48,255 nt of DNA, from the NCBI GenBank assembly GCA_964386365.1, contig CAYLQR010000014.1, forward strand, positions 1-48,255, written 5' to 3'. Below the pieces are notes generated by a model, which saw only the letters and a list, made by a program, of their open reading frames with translations, was not told the origin of the DNA and did not search any database. The DNA comes from an uncultured Candidatus Saccharibacteria bacterium (lineage in GTDB: Bacteria; Patescibacteriota; Minisyncoccia; Minisyncoccales; UBA1441). The first letter of the stretch is position 1. Each line of letters opens with the position of its first letter. The position numbers and the translations under genes were made by a program. Positions 18,511-26,669 of this stretch are shown here, piece by piece.

Positions 18511-19391
18511 AAATTGAAGATTTAAACACTCATCAAATTAATACCTGGTGTCCAGGCTGTGCGAATAACGGGATTCTTTTAGCTGTTAAAAAAGCGATAG
18601 TTGGGCTTCATAATGAAGGGAAGATAAGAACTAAGAATGTAGTAGCAGTTGGAGGAATTGGCTGTGGAGCAAAAATATATGACTATCTCCAAGTCAATGG
18701 ATTTTGTACTCTTCATGGACGAGTTCTCCCAACTAGTTTAGGGATTAAGACAGGCAATCCTCGATTGACAGTCATAGGGTTTGCTGGAGATGGCGGAACT
18801 TATGCTGAAGGAATAGGCCACTTAGTTCAAATTGCTCGCTATAATCCGAACATGACGATGATTGTTGCTAATAATCAGGTTTTTGCCTTGACGACTGGCC
18901 AAGCAACTCCAACAACAGAGAAAGGATTTATTGACCATTCTTTGCCAATGGGAGTCAAAGAATCTCCTCTTAATCCTTTGGCTTTAACTTTAGCGTCTGG
19001 AGGAACTTTTGTTGCTCGGGGCTTTGCTTTAGATCCGAGCCATTTAGAAGATTTAATTCGAGAGGCAGTAAAACATAACGGCTTTTCTTTAGTTGAAGTC
19101 CTTCAGCCTTGTTTAAATTTTCATCAGCAGACGGAATATCTTCGCCAGCATATTTACAAGTTTTATTTAGAGAAAAGAGATGATTTCTCTCAAGCTTGGG
19201 AGAAAGCTTTAGAGTGGGATTATAATTTAGAAGAAAAGGCCAAAATTCCTTTGGGAATTTTTTATCAAAAAAGTCAGCTGACTTGGGAAGAAAAATGGCC
19301 CCAATTAAATTTCCCCTGGTATCAAAAGGAAAGAAAAGTTGACTGGAATCAGGTGATTGAGAATTGGAAATGGAAAAAGAAAGAAAAGTAG
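18507..19391 (+). CDS. 2-oxoacid:ferredoxin oxidoreductase, beta (TPP-binding) subunit
   Basis: WCPGCANNGIL, GIGC, GFAGDGGTYAEG TPP-binding motifs. Overlaps the alpha-subunit stop by 4 nt. Confidence 0.85.
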   Translation: MKIEDLNTHQINTWCPGCANNGILLAVKKAIVGLHNEGKIRTKNVVAVGGIGCGAKIYDYLQVNGFCTLHGRVLPTSLGIKTGNPRLTVIGFAGDGGTYAEGIGHLVQIARYNPNMTMIVANNQVFALTTGQATPTTEKGFIDHSLPMGVKESPLNPLALTLASGGTFVARGFALDPSHLEDLIREAVKHNGFSLVEVLQPCLNFHQQTEYLRQHIYKFYLEKRDDFSQAWEKALEWDYNLEEKAKIPLGIFYQKSQLTWEEKWPQLNFPWYQKERKVDWNQVIENWKWKKKEK

Positions 19392-20329
19392 TCGTCGTTG
19401 GGGGAGGAACGGGAATTTTTTCTGTTCTCTCCGGCTTAAAGAAGTATCCTCTTAAGTTAACGGCTATTGTCACCATGGCTGATGATGGCGGTTCAAGTGG
19501 ACTCCTCCGGGAGGAATTCGGAATTCTTCCTCCGGGAGATATTAGAAGAGCTTTGGTTGCTCTTTCTCAATCAACTCAATCTTTGGCTGATCTTTTCAAT
19601 TATCGTTTTAATCGGGGGAGCTTAAAAGGCCATAGTTTCGGAAATCTTTTTTTAACAGCTTTAGCTGATTTAGAAGGTGATTTTGGCTCAGCTGTTAAAG
19701 AAGCAGAAAAAATATTGGCTGTTAAAGGAGAGGTTATTCCGGTTACCTTAGAACAAACTCGTCTCCAAGCAAAATTGGAAAATGGCCAGATTATTATTGG
19801 CGAGACAAATATTGATATTCCGAAACATGATGGTTGTTTAAAAATTGAAAAAGTTTATCTTCATCCTCAAGTTTCAGCTAATCCTTTGGCTCTAAAAGCT
19901 TTTCAGGCAGCTGATTTAATTGTTATTGGTCCAGGGGATTTATATACTAGCATTATTCCCAATCTTCTAGTCAAAGGAATTCCCGAAGCTATTAAGGAAA
20001 GCCCAGCTCAGAAGGTTTACTTGGCAAACATGATGACTAAGTTTGGGGAAACTAATCATTTTCAGGGGAAAGATTTTATCCAGGAAGTAGAAAAATATTT
20101 AGGGGAAGAAGTTCTAAATAAAGTTATTTTTAATAATCATTGGCCGACGGCTGAAAGAATAAATCAATATGAAGAGGAAAAAGCGGAAATGGTTTATTGT
20201 CGTCAAGAATCTTTAATTGGGAAAAGTTTTCAGATTATTGAAGAGGATCTTCTTCGCCCTCAAGGTTTTATCCGGCATGATCCGGAAAAAACAGCTAAAG
20301 TATTATTTAATCTTTTAAATTCTTCATGA
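19364..20329 (+). CDS. yvcK: YvcK/CofD-family protein (gluconeogenesis factor-like)
   Basis: VVVGGGTG..LSGLK..LTAIVTMADDGGSSGLLR..PPGDIRRAL, GPGDLYTSIIPNLLV. Confidence 0.85.
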   Translation: MEMEKERKVVVVGGGTGIFSVLSGLKKYPLKLTAIVTMADDGGSSGLLREEFGILPPGDIRRALVALSQSTQSLADLFNYRFNRGSLKGHSFGNLFLTALADLEGDFGSAVKEAEKILAVKGEVIPVTLEQTRLQAKLENGQIIIGETNIDIPKHDGCLKIEKVYLHPQVSANPLALKAFQAADLIVIGPGDLYTSIIPNLLVKGIPEAIKESPAQKVYLANMMTKFGETNHFQGKDFIQEVEKYLGEEVLNKVIFNNHWPTAERINQYEEEKAEMVYCRQESLIGKSFQIIEEDLLRPQGFIRHDPEKTAKVLFNLLNSS

Positions 20330-21540
20330 TCCAGGCAGTTGTCTTAATGGCTGGAAAAGGAACGCGGCAAAGGCCTTTGAGTTGGACAAAGACAAAGGCC
20401 CTTTTGCCTTTGGGAGGAAAAACGATTTTAGAACATATTTTAGAAACTCTTCCTGATTCAGTGGGGGAGGTTTTCTTGATTATTGATCCCCAAAAGGAAG
20501 AAGAAGTTTCTCAAAAGATTGGTCAGGTTTTTCGAGGAAAAAAGATTCACTGTATTGCTCAAAGAGAAACTCGAGGAACAGGAGATGCTCTATGGCAAGC
20601 TAAGCCCTATCTCCGAGATCGATTTTTGGTTTTGAATGGAGACGACATTTTCCAGAAAGAAGATTTAGAAAAAATTCTTAAAAAATTTCCTAGTTTGCTA
20701 GTTAGAGAAGTAGAAGATCCTTCTTCTCTAGGAGTAATTTTAGAAGAAGGTGGTTTGGTCAAAGGCTTAATTGAAAAACCGAAAGAGAAAATTAGCCTCC
20801 TAGCCAATGCCGGACTCTACTTCTTAGACCAGCAAATTTTTAAAACGAAACTTCAACTTTCTCCGCGAGGAGAATTAGAATTGACCCAAGCGATTGATGC
20901 TTGGGCGAAAAGAGAGCCTTTCTTTTTTGTCAAAACTGAAGACTTGTTATCCTGTACTTATCCTTGGGATTTATTAAAAGCCAACCAAGTCTTGCTATCA
21001 AAGCAGAAGGGGAAAAAGAAAAACGTCCGATTAGAAAAGGGAGTCCAGATCAAAGGAGAGGTGGTTTTAGAGCCAGGGGTGATTATAAAAAGCGGAACCT
21101 ATTTAGAAGGACCTCTTTGGATTGGAGCTGACAGTGAGATTGGTCCGCAAGCTTATTTGAGACCGGCAACCATGATTGGTCCCCGTTCTCATATTGGGGC
21201 GAACGTAGAAATTAAAAATTCAATTATTGGAGAAGAAACTAAAATTTCTCATTTGAGTTATATTGGCGATTCAGTTATTGGTTCTGGCTGTTCTTTAGGG
21301 GCGGGAACAATTACTGCTAATCTTCGCTTTGATCAAAAACCAATTCGGGTTGAAGTAAAAGGAGAGATTATAGAAACAAGCTGTCGGAAATTAGGGGCAA
21401 TTTTAGGAGATGGAGTAAAGATTGGAATTCACTCTTCTCTAATGCCCGGAGTGATGATTGACCCAGAGGTTGTGATTCCTCCTCACTCTTTAGTGAAGAG
21501 AAATATTAAAAACCCTGCTTTTTATGAAGAAAAAAGTTAA
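20326..21540 (+). CDS. Sugar-1-phosphate nucleotidyltransferase with a C-terminal left-handed beta-helix acyltransferase domain (GlmU-like, archaeal-type architecture)
   Basis: AVVLMAGKGTRQRPLS nucleotidyltransferase signature, plus hexapeptide repeats in the C-terminal half. Confidence 0.75.
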   Translation: MIQAVVLMAGKGTRQRPLSWTKTKALLPLGGKTILEHILETLPDSVGEVFLIIDPQKEEEVSQKIGQVFRGKKIHCIAQRETRGTGDALWQAKPYLRDRFLVLNGDDIFQKEDLEKILKKFPSLLVREVEDPSSLGVILEEGGLVKGLIEKPKEKISLLANAGLYFLDQQIFKTKLQLSPRGELELTQAIDAWAKREPFFFVKTEDLLSCTYPWDLLKANQVLLSKQKGKKKNVRLEKGVQIKGEVVLEPGVIIKSGTYLEGPLWIGADSEIGPQAYLRPATMIGPRSHIGANVEIKNSIIGEETKISHLSYIGDSVIGSGCSLGAGTITANLRFDQKPIRVEVKGEIIETSCRKLGAILGDGVKIGIHSSLMPGVMIDPEVVIPPHSLVKRNIKNPAFYEEKS

Positions 21541-22459
21541 AGCTCTTCTTTTATTCTCTGGAGGATTAGACTCTTTATTAGCAGTTGAAATTTTGAAAAA
21601 ACAAAAGATTGAAGTAACCGCTCTTCATTTTCGGAGTTGTTTTTTTGATAGTCAGCCAGTAGAGAAAATGGCTCAGGAAAGAGGTTTAAAATTAAAGATT
21701 ATTGATATTGCTGAAGAGCATTTAGCTTTAGCTAAATCTCCCCTTCATGGTTATGGTAAAGAAATGAATCCTTGTCTTGACTGTCGGATTTTAATGCTTC
21801 GCCGAGCTCGGGAATTAATGATGGAGAAGGGTTATGATTTTGTAGCTAGCGGAGAAGTCTTGGGAGAAAGACCGATGACTCAGCAAAGGCAAGCAATGAA
21901 GTTAGTAGAAAAAGAAGCTGGGATTCAAGGTTTGCTTCTTCGGCCTCTTTCGGCGCGCTTGCTTCAATTGACCATTCCCGAGAAGAAAAAATGGGTTGAT
22001 CGTCAAAAGCTTTATGATTTTTCTGGACGTTCTCGCCAAAAACAAATAGATTTAGCAAGGAAATTCGGTCTAAAAAATTATCCAGCTCCAGCTGGAGGCT
22101 GTCTTTTGACAGACCCAGAATTCAGTAAGAAATTTCGCCAGCTGCTTAAGATTTTTCCAGCGGCTGGATTAAATGATATTGAATTATTGAAAAACGGTCG
22201 CCAATTTTGGGAAGGAAAGACACGAATTGTCATCGGCCGAGACGAAAAGGAAAACAAAATTTTAGGAAAATTATCCCAAGCCGGGGATTTACTTATCAGT
22301 TTGAAAAAAGTTCCTGGTCCAACTGCTCTTTTGCGGAGCTATACTCCGAAGAAAAATGTTCCCCGGACAGCAGAAGAAAAAGCCGAGCAATTGATTATTC
22401 GCTACGCTCTAAAAGCCAAAAAAATTAAAGAGCCAGTTTTTCAAAGAAAGATAAAATGA
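21524..22459 (+). CDS. PP-loop ATP-pyrophosphatase family protein (tRNA thiolation-like enzyme)
   Basis: SGGLDS PP-loop at the N-terminus (LLLFSGGLDSLLA) and NPCLDCR cysteine pair. The exact subfamily is not resolved. Confidence 0.6.
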   Translation: MKKKVKALLLFSGGLDSLLAVEILKKQKIEVTALHFRSCFFDSQPVEKMAQERGLKLKIIDIAEEHLALAKSPLHGYGKEMNPCLDCRILMLRRARELMMEKGYDFVASGEVLGERPMTQQRQAMKLVEKEAGIQGLLLRPLSARLLQLTIPEKKKWVDRQKLYDFSGRSRQKQIDLARKFGLKNYPAPAGGCLLTDPEFSKKFRQLLKIFPAAGLNDIELLKNGRQFWEGKTRIVIGRDEKENKILGKLSQAGDLLISLKKVPGPTALLRSYTPKKNVPRTAEEKAEQLIIRYALKAKKIKEPVFQRKIK

Positions 22460-23217
22460 AATTTCTTTCTTGGAATGTTAATAGTTTCAAAGCTTGTTGG
22501 CAGAAGGGGTTGCCGAAAGTTATCCAAGCAGAAAAGCCAGATTTTGTTCTGCTTCAGGAAACCAAAACTTCTCCCGAAAAATTAAATGCTCAAGAGAAGA
22601 GTCTTGGTCAGTCTTATCATTCTTTTTGGGCTTCAGCTCAAAGACCTGGCTATAGTGGAGTAGCTAGTTTCAGTCTTCAAGAGCCAAAAACTCCCAGCTT
22701 TAAATTGGGAGACGAGAGATTTGATCAAGAGGGAAGAGTTCTTGTTCTAGAAGAAAAAGACTTCTTTTTAATTAATGCTTACTTTCCTCATAGTCGGAGA
22801 GAATTAAGCCGCTTGCGATTTAAGTTAAATTTTGATGAAAAATTTGCTGATTTTTGTCAGAAATTAGAGAAGAAAAAGCCTCTCATTATTGGAGGAGATT
22901 TTAATGTTGCTCATCAGGCTATTGATATTGCTCGTCCAAAGGATAATCAGCAGAACGCTGGTTTTACAATGGAGGAAAGAGCTTGGTTGACTAGTTTTTT
23001 ATCTCAAGGTTACCTAGATACTTTTCGAGAATTTGTTTCCGATGGCGGCCATTATACTTGGTGGAGTTACCGCTATCAGGCTCGCCAGCGAAACATCGGT
23101 TGGCGAATTGATTATTTCTTAATTAGTCAGGTTTTGAAGAAGAGAATGAAAAAGGCTCAAATTCTTGATCAAATTTCTGGTTCAGACCATTGCCCGATTA
23201 TTCTAGAGTTAGAATAA
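22456..23217 (+). CDS. xth: Exodeoxyribonuclease III
   Basis: MKFLSWNVNS.., LQETK, GDFNVAH, SDHCPI motifs of the EEP/Xth family. Confidence 0.9.
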   Translation: MKFLSWNVNSFKACWQKGLPKVIQAEKPDFVLLQETKTSPEKLNAQEKSLGQSYHSFWASAQRPGYSGVASFSLQEPKTPSFKLGDERFDQEGRVLVLEEKDFFLINAYFPHSRRELSRLRFKLNFDEKFADFCQKLEKKKPLIIGGDFNVAHQAIDIARPKDNQQNAGFTMEERAWLTSFLSQGYLDTFREFVSDGGHYTWWSYRYQARQRNIGWRIDYFLISQVLKKRMKKAQILDQISGSDHCPIILELE

Positions 23218-23224
23218 AGAGGCG

Positions 23225-23263
23225 AGAGGCTTTTCTTCTTTATTAAATTGAAGAAAAGCCTCT
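23225..23263. terminator. Bidirectional hairpin terminator between convergent genes
   Basis: Perfect 14 bp stem AGAGGCTTTTCTTC / GAAGAAAAGCCTCT with an 11 nt AT loop, between the xth stop and the stop of the minus-strand ORF. Confidence 0.6.
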
Positions 23264-23274
23264 TTAGTAGATGC

Positions 23275-23700
23275 CTAGTCCTCATGGTTCCCCCTCTTTA
23301 CTAGATCGGGTAATTGTAGAAAACCGTCTAAGTACATTTGACCGCCTTCTACAGTCAATAGAGAACTTAACCTCTCTGTTTTTCTTTTTCTTTCCCATCT
23401 TCCAGGGACAATTTCTTTAGAGTAATAGGTCTTTTGGATAATGAGAGCCGGAAATTTATTTCCACAGACTCGACATTTCATTAGCCAAAGATTTTTTGGT
23501 TCTAGCTCTGGTTTTCCCCGAACTCCAAGAAAGGCGAAAGAAAAAGATTCTGTTTTAAGGGTCTCTTTTGCTTGATACCACTCCCCCTTAATTTTCTTTT
23601 TTTTCCAAGCAGTAAAAATTGCTTGGAGTAGAGGGTCTGCCGGTGGGGAAGAAGCGGAGAGAATCTTATCTAGATGATCGTGGTTGTTTCCGCTAAGCAT
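23275..23700 (-). CDS. Hypothetical protein (141 aa)
   Basis: A strong SD (AAGGAGGTGA) precedes the ATG at 23700. The longer ORF-track version (to 23823) reads through the tRNA-Leu gene and is rejected. Confidence 0.5.
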   Translation of the reverse strand: MLSGNNHDHLDKILSASSPPADPLLQAIFTAWKKKKIKGEWYQAKETLKTESFSFAFLGVRGKPELEPKNLWLMKCRVCGNKFPALIIQKTYYSKEIVPGRWERKRKTERLSSLLTVEGGQMYLDGFLQLPDLVKRGNHED

Positions 23701-23741
23701 CTTAATCACCTCCTTTGTAAAGAACGTATAATCTTTTTGAT

Positions 23742-23829
23742 TGGTGCCGAAGGAGGGACTTGAACCCTCAAGCTCTTGCGAGCAATGGATTTTGAATCCA
23801 TCGTGTTTACCAAATTTCACCACTTCGGC
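23742..23829 (-). tRNA. tRNA-Leu (anticodon CAA), CCA encoded
   Basis: Hand-folded cloverleaf. Acceptor GCCGAAG/CTTCGGC, anticodon arm ATGGA-TTCAAAA-TCCAT, long variable arm, T arm GAGGG-TTCAAGT-CCCTC, 3' ACCA. Confidence 0.9.
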
Positions 23830-23847
23830 TTTTTAAGATTTTCTTTT

Positions 23848-23875
23848 ATTCTAGCTATCTTTTCCTTCTTTTCAA
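23848..23875 (-). promoter_or_regulatory. Putative promoter TTGAAA-N16-TAGAAT for tRNA-Leu
   Basis: On the minus strand, -35 at 23875-23870 and -10 at 23853-23848, 18 nt upstream of the mature tRNA 5' end. Confidence 0.35.
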
Positions 23876-23929
23876 GACTCCTCAGTAATATTTATCTTCT
23901 TATCAAGTAATACCTAAATGTTTTTTAGT

Positions 23930-23957
23930 TTGTCTGATAAATAATTTATGATAGAAT
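23930..23957 (+). promoter_or_regulatory. Putative promoter TTGTCT-N16-(TGa)TAGAAT
   Basis: Extended -10 TGaTAGAAT ending at 23957. The ATG at 23965 is 7 nt downstream with no SD. Confidence 0.45.
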
Positions 23958-23964
23958 AGCTAAT

Positions 23965-24318
23965 ATGACTGATGAAAAAAGTACCAACGATGAGTTGGGA
24001 AGAATGATAAAAAAAGGCTTTGATGCGGTTGACAAAAGATTTGACTTGATTGACCAAACATTAAGCAAGCAGGCAATGATGTTGGTTAGTCACGGCGAAA
24101 CCTTAGAGAGCCACACGAAAACCTTAGAGAGCCACACGAAAATGTTAGAGAGCCACACGAAAATGTTAGAGAGCCACACAGAGACGCTGAAAGACCACAC
24201 GGAAAGATTGGGCAGAATAGAGAAAAAGTTAAATGACGTCGTCTATCGCAAAGAGTTCGAAGGATTAGAAGAGAGGTTAAGAATAGTTGAGCAAAAATTA
24301 GGAATTAAAAATCGTTAA
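23965..24318 (+). CDS. Small coiled-coil protein with heptad (LESHTK-type) tandem repeats
   Basis: 117 aa. The centre is MLVSHGE-TLESHTK-TLESHTK-MLESHTK-MLESHTE-TLKDHTE, with helical charged flanks. Confidence 0.6.
   Translation: MTDEKSTNDELGRMIKKGFDAVDKRFDLIDQTLSKQAMMLVSHGETLESHTKTLESHTKMLESHTKMLESHTETLKDHTERLGRIEKKLNDVVYRKEFEGLEERLRIVEQKLGIKNR
24079..24204 (+). repeat. Six tandem 21 nt (7-codon) repeats
   Basis: The unit ACCTTAGAGAGCCACACGAAA occurs twice exactly (24100-24141) and ATGTTAGAGAGCCACACGAAA once exactly (24142-24162), followed by a near copy. The two outer units are degenerate. Confidence 0.85.
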
Positions 24319-24331
24319 ATCAGTTAACCCG

Positions 24332-24382
24332 GTTGAGGTTAGACCTCAACTACCCTAAAACTATGGAAGTTCAACTTCCATA
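24332..24382. terminator. Two adjacent hairpins between convergent genes
   Basis: GTTGAGGT-tag-ACCTCAAC (24332-24350) and TATGGAAGT-tca-ACTTCCATA (24362-24382). There are no clear U-tracts. Confidence 0.4.
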
Positions 24383-24402
24383 ATTCCTTAGAGCTTCCAA
24401 TT

Positions 24403-26451
24403 TTATTGGGAGCTTTTCTTTTCAGGGACTTTTTTTCGGTAGGAACATTGAGGATTACTGCATTTTATCCCTCCTCTTTTATCTTGAATAAGGAGGGATC
24501 CGCATTGGGGGCATTTCTCTCCTGTTGGCCGGCCGGAAAGAGTGAATTTACATTGAGGGTAATTAGAGCAAGCGTAGAAAGTTTGTCCTCGTCGATTCTT
24601 TTTTTCAATAATTTCCCCTTTTTGGCATTGGGGACATTTAATCCCTGTTTTTTGTGAAGGAAGGGGGGCGGTGTATTTACATTTTGGGAAATTAGAACAG
24701 GCGTAGAATTCTCCATAACGGCCAGTTCTTTTTATTAAAGGGGCTCCGCAAAGAGGGCATTTTTCATTAGTCGGTTCTGTCAAGTCTAGTTTCTTTACTT
24801 CTTTATATTTCTTTTCTAGATTCTGGATAAAGGGCTGGTAAAAATCTTTGATGACGGAAGAAGCAGTTTCTTTCCCTTGAGCAATTTTATCTAATTTTTC
24901 TTCCATTTGAGCGGTAAATTGAGAGTCAACAATTTTGGGAAAATGCTTGCTTAAAATTTCATCTACTATTTTCCCTATCTTGGTAAGAAAAAATCTTCTT
25001 TCTTTCTTTTGAACATAATTCCGGCTTAGGATGGTAGAAATAATAGGGCTGTAAGTAGAGGGACGGCCGAGGCCTAATTTTTCTAATTCTTTGATAAGGC
25101 TTGGTTCTGAATAACGGGCTGGGGGCCGAGTGAAATGCTCTTCAGTTTGAACTTTTAAGAGCTGAAGTTCTTCCCCTTCTTTTAAAGAAGGGAGAATTTT
25201 TTCTTTTAAGGTTTGAGGATAGATCTTGGAAAACCCTTTTGCTTTAATTGATTGGCCAGTGGCTCGAAGAAGATAGTCTCCAGCTTCGATATCTAAGCTG
25301 ATTTGATCAACAACCATTGGCTTCATTTGGCTGGCTAAGCTTCTCTGCCAGATTAATTGATAGAGGCGATAGTCAGCTGGGGGGAGTTTGTTTTTTAATT
25401 TATCAGGTGTTTCCTCTAGGTGGGTTGGCCGAATAGCTTCGTGAGCTTCTTGCCCTCCTTTTACTTTTTGTCGGAAATTCTTCTTTTCCCAATTTTCTTT
25501 TTCTCCTTGCTGGCTAAGATATTTTTCTGCTTGCTGAAGGAAAGAAGTAGCCAGAAAAGTAGAATCAGTTCGGTGATAGGAAATTAAACCTTTCTCGTAA
25601 AGTTTTTGAGCTAAACTCATTGTCCTTTTGCTGGAGAAGTGAAGTCTATGTCCGGCTTTGGTCTGAAGGGTGCTGGTTCGGAAAGGAGCAGGAGGAGAAA
25701 TTTTCTTTTCTTTTTTAAGTAACTTCTTTGTTTGGAAATTTTCTTCGGCTAATTCTTTTTTGATTATTTGGACTTCTCTTTGATCAAGTAAGCCGGGAGG
25801 AGGAATCTTTTTTCCTTTAATGGCTATTAATTGAGCTTCAAGTTCTTCTTTTGAGTCAGTCTTTTTGAAGGAAGCTTCAATTGTCCAATATTGTTGAGGT
25901 TGAAATTTTTCAATTTCCGCTTCCCTTTTGGCAATTAAATGAAGAGTTGCTGATTGAACCCGGCCAGCTGAAAGCCGACGCATTACTTTTTTCCAAAGAA
26001 AAGGGGATAATTTGTAACCTACCAGACGATCTAAGAGTCGTCTGGCCTGTTGGGCTTCAACTAAAGAGAAACTTATCTTCTTGGGATTTTGAAGAGCTTC
26101 TTTAATTGCTTCTGGAGTAATTTCGTGAAAAGTAATTCGTTGGTAATCTTGAGGATTTAATTGGCTAACAACGGCAACGTGCCAGGCGATAGCTTCTCCT
26201 TCTCTATCTTCGTCAGTGGCTAAGATAATTAAGGAGTGTTTTTTAATTTCTTCCTTCAATTCTTTGACTGTCTTTCTAGCAGAAGAGGGGATTAAATATT
26301 GAGGAGTAAAATCATGCTCAATATCAATTCCTAATTTGCTTTTAGGAAGATCACGAATATGGCCTCGAGTAGCCAGGAGATGATAGGAAGAATCAAGAAA
26401 TTTTTGAATGGTTTTAGCCTTGGTTGGGCTTTCAACGATAACAAGGGGCAT
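24403..26451 (-). CDS. topA: DNA topoisomerase I with C-terminal zinc-ribbon repeats
   Basis: Toprim N-terminus (PLVIVESPTKAKTI, ATDEDREGEAI), active-site region ISYHRTDS, and three C4 zinc ribbons (CPLCG..C..C, CPQC..C..C, CPQCG..C..C). Confidence 0.95.
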   Translation of the reverse strand: MPLVIVESPTKAKTIQKFLDSSYHLLATRGHIRDLPKSKLGIDIEHDFTPQYLIPSSARKTVKELKEEIKKHSLIILATDEDREGEAIAWHVAVVSQLNPQDYQRITFHEITPEAIKEALQNPKKISFSLVEAQQARRLLDRLVGYKLSPFLWKKVMRRLSAGRVQSATLHLIAKREAEIEKFQPQQYWTIEASFKKTDSKEELEAQLIAIKGKKIPPPGLLDQREVQIIKKELAEENFQTKKLLKKEKKISPPAPFRTSTLQTKAGHRLHFSSKRTMSLAQKLYEKGLISYHRTDSTFLATSFLQQAEKYLSQQGEKENWEKKNFRQKVKGGQEAHEAIRPTHLEETPDKLKNKLPPADYRLYQLIWQRSLASQMKPMVVDQISLDIEAGDYLLRATGQSIKAKGFSKIYPQTLKEKILPSLKEGEELQLLKVQTEEHFTRPPARYSEPSLIKELEKLGLGRPSTYSPIISTILSRNYVQKKERRFFLTKIGKIVDEILSKHFPKIVDSQFTAQMEEKLDKIAQGKETASSVIKDFYQPFIQNLEKKYKEVKKLDLTEPTNEKCPLCGAPLIKRTGRYGEFYACSNFPKCKYTAPLPSQKTGIKCPQCQKGEIIEKKNRRGQTFYACSNYPQCKFTLSGRPTGEKCPQCGSLLIQDKRGGIKCSNPQCSYRKKVPEKKSSQ

Positions 26452-26457
26452 TTCCTC

Positions 26458-26487
26458 TTGACAAAATTATTTATCCTGTTATATTAT
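26458..26487 (+). promoter_or_regulatory. Putative plus-strand promoter TTGACA-N17/18-(A)TATTAT
   Basis: Perfect -35 at 26458-26463 and -10 at 26481-26487. It points away from topA into the pth-topA spacer. A minus-strand TATAAT (26488-26483) overlaps it and may serve topA. Confidence 0.4.
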
Positions 26488-26492
26488 AGACA

Positions 26493-26669
26493 TCCTTTTC
26501 GGTTCTTTCTTTTGCCCGTAAGCAGAGAAAAAAGACTTTTTCCTCCTTAAGCCTTGAAGTATCTTCAAATTCTAGAGTTTCTCGGGTAATCTCGTAGGAA
26601 TTCTGGGGGCTTATGGGCAGAAGAAAGAGCAGAAGGACGAGGAGTAGGTTTTCCCTACTCCTCTTTTTT
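26493..26669 (+). ncRNA. Candidate structured small RNA (~178 nt), class unknown, 6S-like long irregular hairpin
   Basis: The arm at 26493-26523 pairs with 26609-26637: 29 bp, one 2 nt bulge and 4 G-U pairs that would be A-C mismatches on the other strand. An intrinsic terminator GAGGAGTAGG-ttttc-CCTACTCCTC + TTTTTT (26639-26669) follows. No plausible ORF. Confidence 0.45.

Noticed and set aside
18970-19476. 168 aa minus-strand ORF overlapping the OFOR beta subunit and yvcK.
   Set aside because: It lies fully inside two strongly conserved plus-strand genes. It has no recognisable motifs and the typical composition of an antisense frame.
23701-23823. N-terminal 41 codons of the 182 aa ORF-track entry (MVKFGKHDGFKIHCSQELEGSSPSFGTN...).
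   Set aside because: This stretch is the translation of the tRNA-Leu gene itself, and it starts at a GTG inside the acceptor stem. A strong SD plus ATG at 23700 defines the real CDS.
24079-24204. Whether the 21 nt tandem repeats could be a CRISPR array.
   Set aside because: The repeats are directly adjacent with no spacers, are in-frame within a CDS and are only 21 nt long. They are coding heptad repeats, not CRISPR.
26493-26637. An alternative reading of the long inverted repeat as a MITE-like DNA element or as the pth terminator.
   Set aside because: This is not favoured. All four non-canonical pairs are G-U only on the plus strand. The flanking promoter and the U-tract terminator are also plus-strand. 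I saw no second copy of the arms elsewhere in the window. It cannot be fully excluded without the whole genome.
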